Shown here: piece by piece, positions 1-10,759 of the stretch | Layout of the letters: every line of letters starts with the position of its first letter | How positions within the stretch are numbered: position 1 is the first letter of the stretch | Origin: Perkinsus olseni | Lineage: Eukaryota | DNA length: 20,000 nucleotides | Assembly: GCA_013115125.1 (NCBI GenBank) | Contig: JABANN010000092.1 | Location: 55,828-75,827, forward strand | Direction: 5' to 3' | Translations under genes and position numbers: made by a program | The notes under the pieces: generated by a model | The model's database searches: none | What the model was told of the DNA's origin: nothing | The model's input: the letters and a program-made list of their open reading frames with translations, nothing else

Positions 1-577
1 GGGATGACGGTGACACTCAAATGGACGATACTTCATAAGATGCACAATTCATTCGGCTTCTTCATGATGAGCTCGCGTTCTTACCAGTGGCTAATAATAC
101 ACGATCGGAGGCCCAGTAAGCGATCTATCCTCTCCCAGTCGACCCAGCGCAGCGTTGCAACGGTTTCCCGTGACGGGAATCCCGTCGGACTCCAGGTCAA
201 CTGTGGAAGTGATGTGCCGCTCGCCACCTGGGCGGTGTGATCGCAGAATTTCTCTCGAATGCTTCTGCTCGCCGAAGCGCTACTGCGTCTCGCAGTTTGC
301 GCCTCCTGTGATGTTCATACGGACTTCGGGTCGCGAAGTGTTATCAGCTCGCAAACAATGCCCAACAGCCCATACGCATTGGAGCGTCGTCCTTATGGAT
401 CTGCATACCCCTAGCTCACTAGCGTTTCGAACCTTAGCTCATCACCACATGCCTGCCTAGCTCAACGCCACTGCACTCACCATCGTCTGAACTGCTAGAC
501 GTTAGACTATTAGATTATAGAACTACTATTAGACTAAAAATACGCTCCTGCGAAGTGTCTGGCGGTTTTCGTGCAGG

Positions 578-1312
578 ATGTCCATCCCTAGCGAGTACTT
601 GGCAGTGAATTACCCGCTCACAAAAGGGACAGAATCTGATAATTTTCAAGCTAGCACCTGTGAAACAATACCCCAATACGTGAATATCTACACGAACGAT
701 ATGTCATGCTGGTCAGCTCTGAAAGAGGCCGTCTGTATCTCCTTCACTTCTCGTTATGTTCTACTATGGGTATGCTATGTCCTCATCGTAGCTGGTTACT
801 CCATTGCCACCTATTTCTCACAAGCCCATCCAACTGATGCTATCAACGGTTACATTGTGGCAACGTATTTGGTGGTTGTAATAGTTCTACCCCCGCCGCT
901 CATCGTATACTATTCCTGGCAATTGGAAGATGGTCGTAGGCGGAGAGATGAACGGCGGCGGAAGCGGGAACGAGCTGCGGAGACCTTCTCGACTAAATGG
1001 CGGAGTTGGTTAGATACCCACACCAAGGTGGGGCCCTACGAGAAGGTCATGCTTGAGCGAAACGTCTCACGGTCCTCGGACAACACAGACGGCGATGAAG
1101 CTGAATCTTGTTCAATATGTTTGATTGACTTCGAGGAAGGTGACATACTCCGCAATTTGCCTTGTCAACATGTGTACCATGAAGATTGTTTTAACGAGTG
1201 CTTCTCTGAGCTGCCTCGAGGTAAGCACCACAAGTGTCCTATGTGCCGTGCCCGGATTGGTCCTGAGATTCGTGACCACTTGGACGAGATTGGCAATCCG
1301 ATTTCCGCCTGA
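578..1312 (+). CDS. Transmembrane RING-H2 (C3H2C3) E3 ubiquitin ligase, ATL/RNF-like, intronless
   Basis: C-terminal CSIC..F..GD..R.LPCQHVYHEDC...KCPMCR is a RING-H2 pattern. Two hydrophobic segments (YVLLWVCYVLIVAGYSIATYF; YIVATYLVVVIVLPPPLIVYY) are followed by a basic cluster. Confidence 0.9.
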   Translation: MSIPSEYLAVNYPLTKGTESDNFQASTCETIPQYVNIYTNDMSCWSALKEAVCISFTSRYVLLWVCYVLIVAGYSIATYFSQAHPTDAINGYIVATYLVVVIVLPPPLIVYYSWQLEDGRRRRDERRRKRERAAETFSTKWRSWLDTHTKVGPYEKVMLERNVSRSSDNTDGDEAESCSICLIDFEEGDILRNLPCQHVYHEDCFNECFSELPRGKHHKCPMCRARIGPEIRDHLDEIGNPISA

Positions 1313-1735
1313 TGTTTTTGAATCATCAACATAGCTTTTTAATTGTTTTCCTCATTGTAATAGTCCCAACAAATCATCAGCTGGCAGCTTTGCGTCCGCT
1401 TATTAGCTGCAGTTCGCCACCACTGTTAAATTTGGTTTCATTTCTTCCTCCTCGTAGCTGCGTTGTGAAAATCTCTTGAGACATCGTACGATGACAAGCA
1501 GGGCTTCTGGGAGACAATTGACACAACCGATCGTGACAGCTTAGGTTTTAATCGAATATGTGTATACGTGTGAGGAGCCGTCGGAGTCGCTCCAACCAAT
1601 GGAGTCAGCTCATTCTCGGCAGATGAACGACTGACTCACGGAAGGCTTAGTACTAAATTCCGTGAAATTCTCTTCTCCTCGATTCGTCTAGCGCGAGGTT
1701 CACAAGGCTTCCACAGTTTTCGCCTTTTCCTCATC

Positions 1736-2518
1736 ATGAAGTGCGTTGCTGCTTTCACCACTCTCGCCTGTTTCGCTGTTGCTGGCGCTATCACTAGTAA
1801 CGAGGCCCGCGTTGACGACACTTTGGCAAGCATTCTCGCCACTGGAGTTCCTGAGATGAACTCCATGATTTCTGCCAAGCTCCCGAAGGCTATGGTATTC
1901 AACCCACTGGTCGGAGTCGCCAGCACCAAGCGATCTCGCTTCCTCCATGTCGGTGAAGGCTACAACGTCTCCCTACTTCAATTGAATAATGTGGATTCGC
2001 TTCAAGTGGATCTGCTGGAGCCTTCTGTCACCTCCACTAACGAGTCTCTCACCCTTGGCATGGACATCTCTGCCAAATTCACCGAGGCTCCTAGAATCTT
2101 CGGCTACGTTGACGCCTACTACGGCAAGCTCAGCGCTGAGGGAGATGTGCAAGTCTCTATTGATCAGATCGCAGTGAGCACTCGCATCGATTTGACCGTG
2201 TCCCTTGTCGACAACACCGGTATCATGGTCAAGGCTCACATTGATGATCTCACGATGGCCCCCATCAAAGTGGAGAATCTCGATATCTACTGGGGGCTTG
2301 ATGGTCACGAGCTTCCTCACTGGTTGGATGATATTTTCAACGACCTATTGAATCTCAACGTCGATCTCGCTGAAGATATCGGCCGGTGCATCGAGAAGGA
2401 GCTCATTAAGAAGTTGACTGCCGAGGGTGTTGTTGTTGGTAACAAGGAGCTCACTCATTTTGCGCCCATCCTCTTCCCTATGTTGTTTGACAAGATCAAT
2501 GCTTTCCTCCAAGCATAA
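1736..2518 (+). CDS. Secreted protein of unknown function, possible BPI/LBP (TULIP)-like lipid-binding fold, intronless
   Basis: 260-aa ORF with ATG start and signal peptide MKCVAAFTTLACFAVAGA. Alternating beta-strand pattern, then a long amphipathic C-terminal helix (WLDDIFNDLLNLNVDLAEDIGRCIEKELIKKL). The fold call is inference. Confidence 0.75.
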   Translation: MKCVAAFTTLACFAVAGAITSNEARVDDTLASILATGVPEMNSMISAKLPKAMVFNPLVGVASTKRSRFLHVGEGYNVSLLQLNNVDSLQVDLLEPSVTSTNESLTLGMDISAKFTEAPRIFGYVDAYYGKLSAEGDVQVSIDQIAVSTRIDLTVSLVDNTGIMVKAHIDDLTMAPIKVENLDIYWGLDGHELPHWLDDIFNDLLNLNVDLAEDIGRCIEKELIKKLTAEGVVVGNKELTHFAPILFPMLFDKINAFLQA

Positions 2519-3058
2519 ATCGCTTTCTCCTCTCCATTTGTCCAGTTTGTTTGGACTGTTTAGACCTCACCTTGTCTGACTCCTTCGAGTCCTGTTGTCC
2601 TGAACAGTACATAGTCTTGTGTTGTTCTTAATGATGCTCACTGGGCATGGTAAGTGCGAGAACGGATATCCCAGGCCGTATGCTTCACATCAGAAACAAT
2701 GTTCCCGGGAAACACTTTCCAGTTCCCTTGAGTGGCGACGCTAGTGCTTAGATCACTAGGGGATATTCAATAAGCTGTAGAACCGCTAGCGTGGAAGTTG
2801 GAGAAAAGATAGCGCCAAGCAGAGGAAGTTCAGCGCCGATGAGAGAAAAATTAGCGCCCGTCCGGAGATTGTTCCGCTCGGGAATTCACCGGCCGACGAG
2901 AGTTTTGGGTATGTGACGTTTTGACTTGGGGTAAATCGTTCGCTTTCAGCATGCGCATAATCGTTGTCGTCGTGAGACGGCATACCGCACGCAAGCGCAT
3001 TCCTTTCTCGTGCTTAGCAGACGTCACCGTTCGGTTCCCTGTAGTGTTGTTTTAATTG

Positions 3059-4933
3059 ATGCGTTTTTCCTCAACTACTGCTGCCCTGGCCGCCGTTTTA
3101 GCAGTGCCCGCGTCGGTGACTTGGGCCTGTACGACAGTGGCTGTTTCGAAAGAGGCATCCAGCACCGGTGTAGCTATGCTGGCTCATTCGGCTGATTGCT
3201 TCATTTGCGATTCTAGGGTTGCTCTGGTGCCTGCTCGCGATCACCAGGAAGGTGAGGAGCATGAAGTTTTTGGTATCAATCAACCTTATCCTAGAGCCTA
3301 TAATAGACGTGCTGCCATCTACCTTCCCCCAGCCGGGAAAAATTTTACCGAGCCTAGTGCTAGAATTCCCGAGGTCCCCCGAACGTACGGTATGTGGGAG
3401 TCCAACTATCCCCTTATGAATGAAGAGGGTCTCACAGTTGGAGAATCCAGTACAAGCTCTAAGGTTCCTGGCGGCTTTGGCGTTGATCTTGCAGACCCTA
3501 AAACTGGTCAATACGGCGAGGCCAAGTTCAGTATTAAGGAGCTCATTCGGGTTGGCTTGGAGAGGTGTACAACTGCTGAGTGCGCCATCAGAGAGATGGG
3601 CGCCACAGCTGAGAAGTACGGCTTCTACCCCGAGTCCGTTGGGGCGGGTGAATCCCTCACCGTAGCGGACACTAAGGGCTCCGCTTGGGTTTTCGACATT
3701 AGCCATGACTCTACTGGTAAGTCCGCTATTTGGGCCGCTCAGAGAGTCCCTGCTGGCCACGTGGCGGCTATTGCTAATCAGTACACCATCAAGGAGATCA
3801 AGGAGGATGAGCCTGATAACTACATGTTCTCTCCCAATGTTAAGTCGGAGGCGCTTAAGCTCGGTTTGTGGGACGGTAAAAGCCCGTTCAGTTTTGTCGG
3901 AGCCTATGGTGTGAACACTGTGAAGCCAAGTTACACTAGCATCAGGTTGTGGGCCATTTTCAACCTAGTGGCACCCAACTCTGGCCTGGAGTTCAACATC
4001 GACCCCTTCGAGCTGCCCTTCTCTGTACCAGCGGAGAAGTCCATCACTCGCGAGGACTTGATGAACATCTTCAGAACTAACTACGAGGACACTCCCTTCG
4101 ACATGACCAACGGTATTCTGGCTGGCGTCTATCATAACCCTTACAGGATCGAAGGGGGCGATGGCCTTACTCAGGTCCCCGGTGAGTTCGCTAGGGGCAT
4201 CTCTATTCCCCGTACAACGTACAGCATGCTCGGTTATCCAGACCCCGCTAACCCGGTTGTCTTCTACGGTACCGATCAGCCCAGCTCCAGTGTTTTCGTG
4301 CCGTTCCTCGCCAAGACTCTGAAGGAGGCTTCCGCCAACGATCTGGAGGGCTCTAAGAAGTTGTATTCTTCCTATTATCAACTTGGTAACAGAGCTGACT
4401 TCAGCACCGCCCGAGATAGTGCTTGGTGGGCTTTCGATTTTGTCTCTAACTGGATGAACATGAACTACCAAAACATGTCTGAGCAATACGTCAAGCCGGC
4501 CATCGCCGAGTGGCAGCCGAAGATGATCGCTGCGGCTGATGCTGCCACCACTACAGAGGCAATGGACGCCCAGAGCTCAGTGGTGAAGGCTTGGTGGGAC
4601 TTGTCTGATAAGCTCGTTGTTCGCTACAATGACGGCTACTACAGCTTCCCTGAGTCTGACCCTGAGAAAGTTTTTTACATGGGTTATCCTGCGGACTACC
4701 TAGCGCAGATTGGCTTCAACAAGGATTATATTTACCCCAAGTACGTCCAAGCAGCTGGAACGCCATTACATGCTGATACTATGGTTGAACGTGTTGGCAT
4801 GTCTTACTGGTCGGTTGCAGTGGCTGTGGTCGTGGCGCTGTTAGTGGGCGTCTTTGCTGGACGTGTGTCTACTAAAAAGCAGCGTTCTGTGGTATCCGAT
4901 ACTCAAAAGAGGTTATTGGCATCAGAACATTAA
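3059..4933 (+). CDS. Peptidase family C69 (dipeptidase A/secernin-like Ntn hydrolase), type I membrane protein, intronless
   Basis: Signal peptide ends ..VTWA, followed by CTT..V...AS..G....AHSAD (N-terminal Cys nucleophile). Family motifs MNE.GL.VGES, GESLTVAD...AW, IWAAQRVP.GHV...AN, SAWWAFDFVSNW. C-terminal TM YWSVAVAVVVALLVGVFAG. ATG at 3059. Confidence 0.92.
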   Translation: MRFSSTTAALAAVLAVPASVTWACTTVAVSKEASSTGVAMLAHSADCFICDSRVALVPARDHQEGEEHEVFGINQPYPRAYNRRAAIYLPPAGKNFTEPSARIPEVPRTYGMWESNYPLMNEEGLTVGESSTSSKVPGGFGVDLADPKTGQYGEAKFSIKELIRVGLERCTTAECAIREMGATAEKYGFYPESVGAGESLTVADTKGSAWVFDISHDSTGKSAIWAAQRVPAGHVAAIANQYTIKEIKEDEPDNYMFSPNVKSEALKLGLWDGKSPFSFVGAYGVNTVKPSYTSIRLWAIFNLVAPNSGLEFNIDPFELPFSVPAEKSITREDLMNIFRTNYEDTPFDMTNGILAGVYHNPYRIEGGDGLTQVPGEFARGISIPRTTYSMLGYPDPANPVVFYGTDQPSSSVFVPFLAKTLKEASANDLEGSKKLYSSYYQLGNRADFSTARDSAWWAFDFVSNWMNMNYQNMSEQYVKPAIAEWQPKMIAAADAATTTEAMDAQSSVVKAWWDLSDKLVVRYNDGYYSFPESDPEKVFYMGYPADYLAQIGFNKDYIYPKYVQAAGTPLHADTMVERVGMSYWSVAVAVVVALLVGVFAGRVSTKKQRSVVSDTQKRLLASEH

Positions 4934-5519
4934 ACGACTTTTTGTTCATATTGGGGGTTTTCCTGTGATGGGCGTAGTCGTCGTCGTCAAGTCTCACTGT
5001 TCCATGAGCAGTGCCCTTCACGTAACAACCAACTGTTGCTCCTACTCAAGTTACTCACCTACTGCTGCTAAAGTTGCTACTACCACACCATCAACAACTC
5101 TGTTGACCACCGCTGCCACAGCTTGTTTCGGCTGAGAGTTTGTATTCTACTCTGTTGCTATCGTTGCTGCCTCCTAAGCGTATAGTCGCTTAATTGTAGT
5201 TACCGAAAGTTGCCAGAAAGCTGTCTAGGTCTTGCGTTGTCTTTACGTCACTGGAGTAGGGACGGTGCTGATTGAGATTAGGCGTTGGTTACTTTCCACG
5301 GTACCATGGATGCCGACAGAGGTGCGTCTTATGAGATGGTAGACGAAGTGTCGAAGATGCCTGGCGGCGTTGGAGTGGTAGTAGTGACGGCAATAGCTGC
5401 GGTCTGCAGACAATAGAAATTCTCTCAAGCCTCCTCCCGACACCGCTGCTCGCTCTATCTCAGCGAAATTGGGAACTCCTCCGCTGTGCAATAGCCCTTC
5501 CCTCGAACAGTTTTCTTGG

Positions 5520-6403
5520 ATGTGGCTCATCAACCCCTGCTCTCTTCAGGGAGCCTTCATGTGGTACGCCTTCTGCATCATAGCGTTACTACTGGTAGTC
5601 CGACTGGCATTGGGATTGACTGATATGAACCAAGGTGAGCAGTTGCGGTGTCGTGAGTGAAGCGGAACCCCTCGATCAGCCGCCGGTCAGCAACCGCAAC
5701 AGCAGCAGCAGCAGCGGGGCTCGTATCGACGGAAGAAAAAAGTCGGGAAGAGGCCCAGGAAAAAATCACCCCGTCAACGTCGCCTGTCGATAGAACTCAA
5801 GAGTGCCCTCGCCGCAGCTCTTGCTCTCCTACGATTGTTGTATGAGTCGTACAAGGCAGTTGTGTCGCGTCACGCTCATCGAGGAACGCTGAGGGCCAAG
5901 GACAGGAGCGGGCAACGAAAGTTGACCCGAAGAAGTGAAGAGAGGGTCGAGCACGTCGATGGTGGCAAAGTGGTGGATATGGATGAGGCTAGTGATAGTT
6001 CTGTGGAGTCCGAATCAAGCACTGCTCTCGAGGGAAGGGGTGCAGCGCCCGGGGTGTCCTCGCTCAATAACGACGTCGCCGTACAGGCAAGTGGTGATCA
6101 TCATCATCATGAGACTGTGGATGGTGGATGGATAACCGTTGAGAGGCCCTACCGACGACAGCAGTCGAATGTTTCTGATAGTACATCCTGTAGCAGTAGT
6201 GGTAGAAATGCAGTTGTATTTGGACGATACAACCGAGGAGGGGGAGGGGGACGCCCCACCGGCCTATCACGTCAGCAACGCAGCACCATCAGTGGCAAGC
6301 GTGTGGCAGGGAATCAGCCTCGTAACAGTGAGTCTGGCCTGAGCCTGAGTCCTGCGGTACTACAAGAGCCAGGTAAGCCGAATCGTTCGCTTCAGCACCG
6401 GCT

Positions 6404-6437
<34 letters not shown>

Positions 6438-6871
6438 CCGAGCAGGGCTGCAGGCAGTCCACGCATTTACAGGTGATGATCCACTGAGCGGCGGAGCGAT
6501 GCTCCAGTGCTACGGATGTATGATCAGGGTTGAAGAGCCCAAGGACCACCTCTCCCCGTACATGAGATACTCTTCGGAGACTACCAAGCTTGTAGACACT
6601 CGGAGGTCTTCCTCCCTTAAGGAGCTGTTATCTTCCGCAGCATCGTCGTCTCAAGTACTACGTCGACCGCTGCCGGCCTTCCTTGCGGCGGTTGTTGTTT
6701 TTTCAGGACGATATGCTACCGTATGATTCCCTGATTCTGGGGAATTCCTCTTCCACGGCCCCTAGCGAGTGTAACCAGGTCGATGAGTCTCCGACGAGCC
6801 CATTGGAGTGCTGCCAAAGCGCCGAAGCACGGTACTGTCCTGAGTGGGTGCAGAAGCTCATAGAGGACAGC

Positions 6872-6904
<33 letters not shown>

Positions 6905-7426
6905 AGTCAAGGCCCGGGACTGGATCGTCAGGATCAGCATCAAGAACCGTCTAGACCCGAAGCGGTGGAACTCCACTCAGGCGTCCCAGAGTTCTCCCCT
7001 GCCCTCTCACTAGTTTATAAAACGCTCCAGCCCAGCGGCATTTGGGTCGGCCTCAACCATTTGGCTCGTAAGATAGGTTATGCAGCTGGTGGGTGGGAGA
7101 TGATTTGGAATCTTGCGGACGTCGGTTGGATAGAGCTCAGTGACTGTGGCCTCTACTGTCGTCTAGGCGATGCCTGGGGCTCCTATGAGGCCTTCTCGGA
7201 TCCGGCAAGCACCAGCAGCAGCTCCTCTGCACCACGTGAATGTGGGGACATAGAATCCTATGCCGTGTACAGAGGGGGCAGTCTCGACTCCGAGCCTGAT
7301 TGGCAGCTCTGTGACGGTGAAGAAACGTACGAGCTGCCACGGGGCCGCCAGCCCTGGCAGTGGGGCGCACCGCCACAAAGGGGCTTTGCGAACCCCCCGG
7401 CGATGGTTATTGGACTGTTGAAATAG
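5520..7426 (+). CDS. Spliced hypothetical protein X: N-terminal TM, K/R-rich segment, disordered polyQ/polyD region, winged-helix-like Cys domain, acidic tail (5' end uncertain)
   Basis: GT-AG introns at 5635-5679, 6473-6527 and 6655-6706 join ORF fragments 5469+, 5835+, 6499+ and 6683+ in frame. TM MWYAFCIIALLLVVRLALGL; basic RRKKKVGKRPRKKSPRQRR; domain at about 7010-7165. Confidence 0.7.
6405..6434 (+). repeat. (CAG)10 microsatellite encoding polyQ
   Basis: Ten perfect CAG units in frame in gene X. A shorter (CAG)5 lies at 5700-5714. Confidence 0.97.
6872..6904 (+). repeat. (GAT)11 microsatellite encoding polyD
   Basis: Eleven perfect GAT units in frame in gene X. Confidence 0.97.
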
Positions 7427-7781
7427 TGAGTATCTGAAATCTAGGGTCTTACCGTCATCATCATTACCCTTCCCTCCTGAAGTACTATGAGATAGTCGTG
7501 GATTTCCCATTGCTACGTCTACTCCGTTCTTGGTTGCTGTTACTACTGGACGAAGACTACGACGTAGTTGTCACGCCCATTGACTTCTCGTACGTAAGCT
7601 TATTATCATGAATGTCGACTAGTTTCAATGCCCCCTCAGCGTGGCGTTGTACCCCTCCGTATCCTATGTCATAGGTCATGCGCCTTCAGTCCCGCTTCTA
7701 GTTCTTCCCGTCAGGATGCCCTTTACTTGTGGCCGCATCCGTCATCGCCTTCGCTGGTGGTACTCGGAAGGAACTGTGGGC

Positions 7782-8716
7782 ATGGACCATTGCGAGCTGG
7801 CATTGAATGTATTCTTTTTGTGCCTTCTCATTGCCTTTATAGCCCACGTTATCGCCAACCTCTTGCCAACGATTCGGGTGGCTCTCGATACGACACTCGA
7901 AGCCTCCAAGCTCCTCGGTATCGCCGAAGGCTTGCTGTGGATCATACCAGGCTGCTTGACGTTCACTCTTGGGCTGTGCGGTATCGCTGTTATCATGTGC
8001 GGCCTCACGGTAGGAGTTCTCTTCATGAGTCGCAGGGATGAGAGAGGCTCAACCAATGATGACGAAGCTGTCGCTGGAGGACCTGGGAGGAGGGTGATGC
8101 GCGACCATCCTCCTCGTACAGTGGATCGTAAGAAAAGGAAGTCGAAGTCTCACCGGTGAGCTCCAAGTTGGAATCTCCCAACTACCAGCGCGCGTTATAG
8201 CTTGCGTCTCGCAGGAAAGCCGATCGCCATAGGGCCTGTAGGAGAAGAGCCTCCTCGAAGGGTCGCTGTCGCCTCAGCTGCCTCAGCTGTCGATTCGACG
8301 ATATCTGCGACTACATGCAGCCTCGAGGCACCTGGGTGTCGGTTCTTTGGTTGAGGGCCCGTCTCGACTCTCTGGGCTCCCAAGCTCTCGACCACATGCT
8401 CAGCGTTGGTTGGCTGGAGATTACTCCATGCGGGAAGTACTGTAGGGCTTATCCTGACGGTAGCCAGCCACAGGAGAGGGCCTCGCCGCCACCGCCGCCG
8501 ACGCCTGACCATGGCGTGCCTACATTCAACCTGGCAAGAGATGACTCTGAATCCTGCGTCCACGACTGGGACATTGATTCCTGCAACGAACTTCTAGACG
8601 ACGAGGGTGCTGCTCCTCCTCCTCTCCTGCAAGAGGATGCCTGTGGACCATCCTCAAGACACGATGAGGACTCCTCCGAGAGCAGCTGGGAGGTGTGCGA
8701 GTCTTTGTTGCTGTGA
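7782..8716 (+). CDS. Spliced hypothetical protein Y, paralogue of X: multi-TM N-terminus, K/R-rich segment, CRLSCLSC, winged-helix-like Cys domain, acidic tail
   Basis: Intron 8156-8214 (cg|gtgag...tcgcag|g) joins the TM ORF (7641+ frame) in frame to the 8315+ ORF. Start is ATG 7782 or 7716. Confidence 0.72.
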
Positions 8717-8977
8717 TGATGATGATCTCAGAAATGCATGATGTGCAGCAGCAGCCTGCTGTTGCTGCTGCTGCTAGTGGAATGATGTGATAATAAATAT
8801 ATTAAAACTGCTCCCAAGCTTCATGATAAATGATAATCGACCCACCACTACCACACAGTCGGATACGTTGTTAATACTATCATATCAGTCAATAATGAAT
8901 TTATGAACTATCATTGTCCCGTTGCGTTGTAGTGCTACTGGTTATACACCTACTCCGGATCCAGGCGTCGTGCTTTC

Positions 8978-10759
8978 ATGACGTGCCGACCACTACTGCG
9001 GGTGCTGAGAAGAGGCTTCTGCTCCTCTCCCTCCTCTACTCAGCCTCCGAGCGCGTCGACTGGAGTAATGTCGACCGTACGAGAGGCCGTACCAACAGTA
9101 GCCTCTGTTCGGCACGACGGTATGCTGCTGCACCCAGAAGTCATAGGGCAAGTAGGGCCACCATGGGTCCGATGGAATGGGTCCGACTGTCGAGCTGGTC
9201 CTCCCACTACAGGTTGTCAAGAACTGGGACATCCACAGCTATTCGCTTCTTGAAGTCGCACCATGGATGAACGCCTCCCCTGCGCTACAGGAGCGGTAGG
9301 AGAAGCTTTTCAATTGGGGGTCGATACGTCAAGCTCGACAGGTTTGCTAATACGCTGGACATTTTTCAACTGTGTGACCCCACGGGCAAGGTGATGGGCC
9401 ATTATGATCGGGGGGTATCAGCTCTCTTGAGGACCACGCTCAAGCTCGGTGATAATAACACAGTACCGTGTGGCCTGATCCTGATGTGAGAGGTGGGGCC
9501 TCTTCGAGAGGCGAAGATGGCGAAGTTAGGTACGAGACACAGGAACATGCAACCAATGAGTTTTCGAGGCTCCAGATGAGGACCATGACGGAGAGGTGGA
9601 AGAGGGGTATACAGTCACGAGGGGTAGTGGCCTCTTGGACCGTGTAGTTACGCCGATGAATGGCTGAACGAGCTGCAGCCAGGAGAGGGAGAGGAGGCCC
9701 TCCCGGGAGTCATACTCACAGTACACCACTATGACCCTCAAGTGACGCATCCCTCACAGTACGAGATAGAACGGAGGGACGGCATATCTAAGTGATGGTC
9801 CTCTATGGAGGGGACGCTCCTGTAAATGTCCGCCTTCCAGGCTGGTGTGTGTTGTACGGGCGCTGCATGTGAAGTACTTCTGGCCACGAGAAGCCAGCGA
9901 GGGGCAGGTAGGCTACCCTAGAGTTACCTCCTGGTCACTCGGAAGGCTACAGGTCATCCAACTGCCGCCGGGACAAACCCTCGGCACATCAGATGACTAC
10001 AATATAGTTACGGATCTCCAGACTTGGGAGAGCGGGGAGAAGTTCAGAGAGATGCCTCAACAGTACTACTGGCATCACTGGCTGAGGGAAGAGACTTCTT
10101 TGCAGAGATAGCGAGGATCCGGAGGACTTCTTCAGAGTTCTTCCGTGGGTGAAGGACCGAACTAAAAGTGATTTCGTCAGAGCGACGTACGCTTATGTGA
10201 AGAGAGATGATGCTGGCGGTGAGAGGTGGGGACCATAGGAGGCCTTCATTGCTCAATGCAGAGATTACGTCGGTCCTGGCTGCCGTGTCTGTGACGGGTG
10301 ACGTCGACACGAAGAGGCCGGCACGATTGGTGATGTCCTCTCCTTACGTGGACACGGAGTCTGTGTCGCCTGAGGAGGCTGAGCAGGCTCTGGACGCAGT
10401 CCTCCAGCACGTCTTCGCTAAGCACCGGAGGAGCGTGTAATAGCAGCCCCTCGGTGTGTTGCGCTGACTGTGCTCCTGCTCCTCTTCAGGGGAGTGGTCC
10501 TGTACGACTCCAAGGACACCTTCTATGAGTTCGCTGAGGAATACATGCTCCCGCGACACCGGTATTGGACAGAGAAAGAGGCCGGCATATGTCTCACTGC
10601 GGGTACTTCGGATCGGTGCTCAGCTCGAGCCACTTCTCCTTGTTGTCAGTCCCGGTCCAGATGCCGGTGCCCGCCCAGGAGTGCCTCCTCCACTCCCCTT
10701 ACGTCATACCTGCCGAGTTCCTCAGTTTTGAGACCTACTTCAAAACCCCGACCGGCTGA
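8978..10759 (+). CDS. Multi-exon hypothetical protein with putative mitochondrial presequence
   Basis: N-terminus MTCRPLLRVLRRGFCSS is Arg-rich, acid-free and has an RRGF-CS cleavage-like site. Consistent introns at 9908-9952, 10219-10261, 10437-10489 and 10603-10649; ends ..FLSFETYFKTPTG*. Exons at about 9370-9680 are not resolved. Confidence 0.6.

Noticed and set aside
405-540. Short repeats TAGCTCA (three copies) and TAGACTA/TATTAGA cluster
   Set aside because: Short, irregularly spaced and degenerate; not a CRISPR array or definable element.
1973-4486. Minus-strand ORFs 1973-2320, 3098-3760 and 3965-4486
   Set aside because: Antisense shadows of codon-biased plus-strand genes; no motifs.
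4854-5135. Thr/Ala-rich ORF overlapping the C69 stop
   Set aside because: Non-ATG start as called, low complexity; more likely 3'UTR.
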